A DNA stretch of 27,127 nt. Source: a virus (taxonomy: Duplodnaviria; Caudoviricetes). The notes under the pieces were generated by a model. That model ran no database searches, had not been told where the DNA came from, and saw only the letters and a list, made by a program, of their open reading frames with translations. Below, piece by piece: positions 23,925-27,127 of the stretch (position 1 is its first letter; the number at the start of each line of letters is the position of its first letter). The translations under genes and the position numbers were made by a program. The stretch lies in IMG/VR virus record IMGVR_UViG_3300048998_000208, positions 1 through 27,127 of that record; one strand, written 5' to 3'.

Positions 23925-26900
23925 ATGGCAGAGAATAAGGAAACCCGGGAGGTCGAAATCATCCTCCAGGGCCAGCAGGCCAATGCGAGCCTGAAGGAGA
24001 TGGGCGCGGCCGCGGCCATTATGAATAACCAGCTGGCCAAGATGGCGGCCGACGACCCGCGCCGGGCCGCCCTCATCAACGACTTCGCCAGCCTCACCAC
24101 CCGCATCTCGGAGACCCGGGCGGAGATGCGCGCCTACGTGAAAACGGAGGAGGAGCTGCGCGCCGAAACTGCGCAGTTGGCCGAGGCCCAGGCCCTGCTG
24201 GCCCAGGCCAACCAGCAGACCGTGGCCAGCGGCCAGCAGGCCACCGCCTCGCTGCAGGAAATGAAGGCCGCTGCCGGCGTGCTGGAAAAGCAGTTGGAGG
24301 GCCTGGCCGCCGATGACCCCCAGCGGGCGCAGCTCATCACCGACTTCACTACCCTGAAGAACCGGATGGAGGCCGCGCGCACGGAGATGACGACCTACGT
24401 GAAGACGGCGGCCGAAGTGCGGGAGGAAACGGAAAAGATGGCCCAGGCCAATCAGCAGGTTATCCTTAACGGCCAGAAAGTCGAAGCCTCGTTCAAGGAC
24501 ATGCGCGCGGCCGGCGCGTTGCTGGAGCAGCAGCTGCACGAGTTGAGTACCAACGACCCGGGACGAGCCAAACTGCTGGCCGATTACCACGCCCTGCAGG
24601 AGCGCATCGCGGCCGTCGGGAAGGAAATGAAAAATCTGCCGGAGCCCGAAGCCGGCGGCGGGCTGAAGGACATCCTCACCAACGCCCTGGCCTTCGGAGG
24701 CGTAACCGTGGGTGTCGAGGCTGGCGTCGACGCGGTGAAGGAAATGGCGGCGGCCGTGGCCGAAACCACCCAGGAGTTCGTCAGCCTGCGCAGCAACATC
24801 AACACCCTGACCGGCGCCACCGGCCCGGCGCTGGACGGGCTCACGGCCCAGGTCGCCGGCATTGCCAAAACCTTCGGCAAGGAGAACGACGAGGTGTTGC
24901 TGGCGGCCAACACGCTCAGCAAGCAGATGGGCATCAGCCAGCAGGAAGCCCTGCGCCTGATTCAGCAGGGCTTCCTGGCCGGCGCCGACGCCAGCGGCGA
25001 GTTTCTCGACCAGGTGAAGGAGTACCCGGCCCAGTTCAAGGCGGCCGGCCTCTCGGCCAACGAGGCCATCGGCGTGATTTCGCAGTCGGTCACCACCGGC
25101 GTATTCTCCGATAAGGGGGCCGACGTCATCAAGGAGTTCGGCCTGCGCATCCGGGAGCAGACTAAGTCCACCAGCGACGCCATGCAGGCGGCTTTCGGCG
25201 AGGAGTTTACGAAGGAAATCTTCGACGGCATCAACAACGGGAGCCTGACCACCACGCAGGCGCTGCAGCGCGTGGCCAAGGAGATGGACGAGACCAAAAT
25301 CCCGGCCAGCCAGTTGCAAACCGTGGTGGCCGACGTCTTCGGCGGTCCCGGCGAGGACGCCGGCATCGACTACCTCAAGTCGCTGCAAAACGTGGGCAAG
25401 GGGGTCGACGCCATGGTTGACAAAACCAACGCCTACACCCAGCGCCAAATCGCCCTGCTGGACTCGGAAACCGAGCTGGCCGCCGCCCAGAACGACCTGG
25501 CCAAGGAGTTCGAGGGCACCGGCACCTCGCTGAGCACGCTGGGCAACGAGGCCAAAACCCTCGGCTACACCCTGCTGGCCAGCCTGGTGGTGACCTTTAA
25601 GGAGCTGTTTCAGCCCCTGCAGGCCATCTGGGACTCGTTCATGAACCTGGGCAAGCAGCTGAAAATCTTCGGCGGGGAAGGTATTACGGCCAAGGGTGTG
25701 GCCGAAGCCCTGGGGGCGGGCATCCGCCTGGTGCTGACGCCCACGCGGCTGATGTACGAGGCCATCGCCTGGGTAGTCACCGGCCTGGCCGACTGGGCCG
25801 CCAGCTCGCCCAAGGTAGTGGCGGCCCTCAAGTTCATCACCGGCCCGACCCAGCTCTTTTTCGACATGCTGAAAAACAGCTCGGCCTATTTCGAAGGCTT
25901 CAAGGCGGCGGCCCTGACCACGTTCGGCTCGGTGGGCCGCATCGTGAAGGCCGCCCTGGGCGGGGACTTCGACACCGTGAAAGCGGAGTTCAAGCAGCTG
26001 GGCTCCGGCGCTGGCGATGCGTTCCTCAAAGCCTACCAGGCCCAGCTGGCCAAGACCACGTCGGCCCCGGCGACGGAGGCCGCGGCGGCCGACGACGCCC
26101 CCACGCGCGCGGCCGGCGGCGATGGCCAGACGGCCGCCGACAAGGCCAAGGCCGCCGAAAAAGCCCGCAAGGAGCGGGAAAAACAGCAGAAAGAAGAGCA
26201 GGCGGAACGCGAAAAAGCCGACAAGGAAGCGTTGGCCCAAGCCCAAAAAGCGGCGAAGGAGGAGGCCGACCTACTCGAACTCCAGTGGAAGGCAATGGCG
26301 GCCGGTCGAGAGAAGGAGCGCCTGCGCGTGTACGTCGACGCGGAGAAGCAGTACGGCCTGCTCACCGGCCAGGAGGCCAACTACACCGAAACCGTCGCGG
26401 CCCTGCGCACGGAGCGCGATAACCGGCTACAGGAACTGGAGGCCAAGTTTGCCAAAGACGACGAGGAGCAGCGGCAAAAAAACCTGGACGAGCAGCTGGA
26501 GCAGGAGGCCGCTGAAACGGAGCAGCGCGTGGCCCAGCTGGAAATCGACCTGAACAACGGCGTGCTCTCCCAGCAGCAATACGACGAGATGCTCTACCAG
26601 GTGAAGCTCCAATCGAAGGAGCGGGAGCTGGCCCTGGTGAAGCAGAAAAACGGCGAGGAGTCGGCCGAGTACAAGAAGCTCTTCGCCGAGAAGCTGAAAA
26701 TGCAGGCCGACCACATCACCAAGCAGGAGAAGGGCGAGAAGAGCTTCCTGGACTTCAAAAAGTCCATCGTGGCCCTGGAGCAGATGTTCAACGACGACAA
26801 CCTTAAGTCGCTGCAGACGGTGCTGGGCAAGCAGACGGTCGCCTACCAGCTCTTCGAACTCACCCGCAAGGGCATCGCCCTGGCCGGCATCGCCATCAAC

Positions 26901-27127
26901 GCGAAGGAGGAAATCTCCGGCATCTGGAAGAATGCAAACGAGAACCCCATGAACGCCATCGTGCCCGGCTGGGGCACGGCCCAGGCCGTGGTGCTGACGG
27001 CCTTCGCGGCGGCCCGCGCCGTGTCAGCGGCCAGCGACGTGGTAAGCGTGAGTGCCGGCTTCGCCCAGGGCGGCGCCACCCGGCCGGGCCCGCGGCCCAG
27101 AGGACGGGGCCCGGCCCGGGGGCCGAT
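23925..27127 (+). CDS. Tail tape measure protein (3'-truncated, at least 1067 aa; not in the supplied ORF track)
   Basis: Frame from ATG 23925 (MAENKETREVEIIL) is still in register at the window end; TMP core EFLDQVKEY...DKGADVIKEF...DVFGGPGEDAG; long coiled coils; GFAQGG near the end. Confidence 0.92.
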   Translation, partial: MAENKETREVEIILQGQQANASLKEMGAAAAIMNNQLAKMAADDPRRAALINDFASLTTRISETRAEMRAYVKTEEELRAETAQLAEAQALLAQANQQTVASGQQATASLQEMKAAAGVLEKQLEGLAADDPQRAQLITDFTTLKNRMEAARTEMTTYVKTAAEVREETEKMAQANQQVILNGQKVEASFKDMRAAGALLEQQLHELSTNDPGRAKLLADYHALQERIAAVGKEMKNLPEPEAGGGLKDILTNALAFGGVTVGVEAGVDAVKEMAAAVAETTQEFVSLRSNINTLTGATGPALDGLTAQVAGIAKTFGKENDEVLLAANTLSKQMGISQQEALRLIQQGFLAGADASGEFLDQVKEYPAQFKAAGLSANEAIGVISQSVTTGVFSDKGADVIKEFGLRIREQTKSTSDAMQAAFGEEFTKEIFDGINNGSLTTTQALQRVAKEMDETKIPASQLQTVVADVFGGPGEDAGIDYLKSLQNVGKGVDAMVDKTNAYTQRQIALLDSETELAAAQNDLAKEFEGTGTSLSTLGNEAKTLGYTLLASLVVTFKELFQPLQAIWDSFMNLGKQLKIFGGEGITAKGVAEALGAGIRLVLTPTRLMYEAIAWVVTGLADWAASSPKVVAALKFITGPTQLFFDMLKNSSAYFEGFKAAALTTFGSVGRIVKAALGGDFDTVKAEFKQLGSGAGDAFLKAYQAQLAKTTSAPATEAAAADDAPTRAAGGDGQTAADKAKAAEKARKEREKQQKEEQAEREKADKEALAQAQKAAKEEADLLELQWKAMAAGREKERLRVYVDAEKQYGLLTGQEANYTETVAALRTERDNRLQELEAKFAKDDEEQRQKNLDEQLEQEAAETEQRVAQLEIDLNNGVLSQQQYDEMLYQVKLQSKERELALVKQKNGEESAEYKKLFAEKLKMQADHITKQEKGEKSFLDFKKSIVALEQMFNDDNLKSLQTVLGKQTVAYQLFELTRKGIALAGIAINAKEEISGIWKNANENPMNAIVPGWGTAQAVVLTAFAAARAVSAASDVVSVSAGFAQGGATRPGPRPRGRGPARGP

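Larger units (their letters stand above)
1..27127 (+). mobile_element. Prophage/phage late region (probable siphovirus of a high-GC Bacteroidota); extends beyond both ends of the window
   Basis: Co-oriented terminase, head protease, capsid, lysis cassette and tape measure genes; no tail sheath recognised; no integrase or att site in the window. Confidence 0.95.

Noticed and set aside
23445-26246. 933-aa minus-strand ORF and the many other long antisense or off-frame ORFs (e.g. 21874-23262, 19859-21124, 18552-19721)
   Set aside because: Shadow ORFs expected from high GC3 bias opposite real + strand genes; no recognisable motifs

Overview
The whole window is the late (morphogenesis) region of a long-tailed prophage or phage, with every credible gene on the + strand. 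The host is most likely a high-GC Bacteroidota (Hymenobacter-like); this is inferred from TAnnTTTG-type promoter boxes, Shine-Dalgarno-less leaders and SprB repeats. Gene order: end of the early region; candidate late regulator; tube-paralog/fibre/LamG module; S49 head protease with nested scaffold; major capsid; probable tail tube; ParB-fused DNA methyltransferase; TerS; TerL; portal; adaptor; holin/GH73 endolysin/u-spanin; two morons; tail genes; tape measure protein (truncated and absent from the ORF track). The most interesting signals are non-coding. (i) A bipartite motif GTCCTTT-N24-TTYG occurs five times with identical spacing, each at the head of a gene block. (ii) An array of 21-bp TTTGTCCC repeats lies inside the candidate activator gene. 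(iii) A ~115-nt multi-stem RNA, reminiscent of C4/CI immunity RNAs, is complementary to the initiation region of a moron. (iv) A repeat- and palindrome-rich spacer after terL may be the packaging site. Functional calls rest on motif recognition and gene context only; no searches were run.
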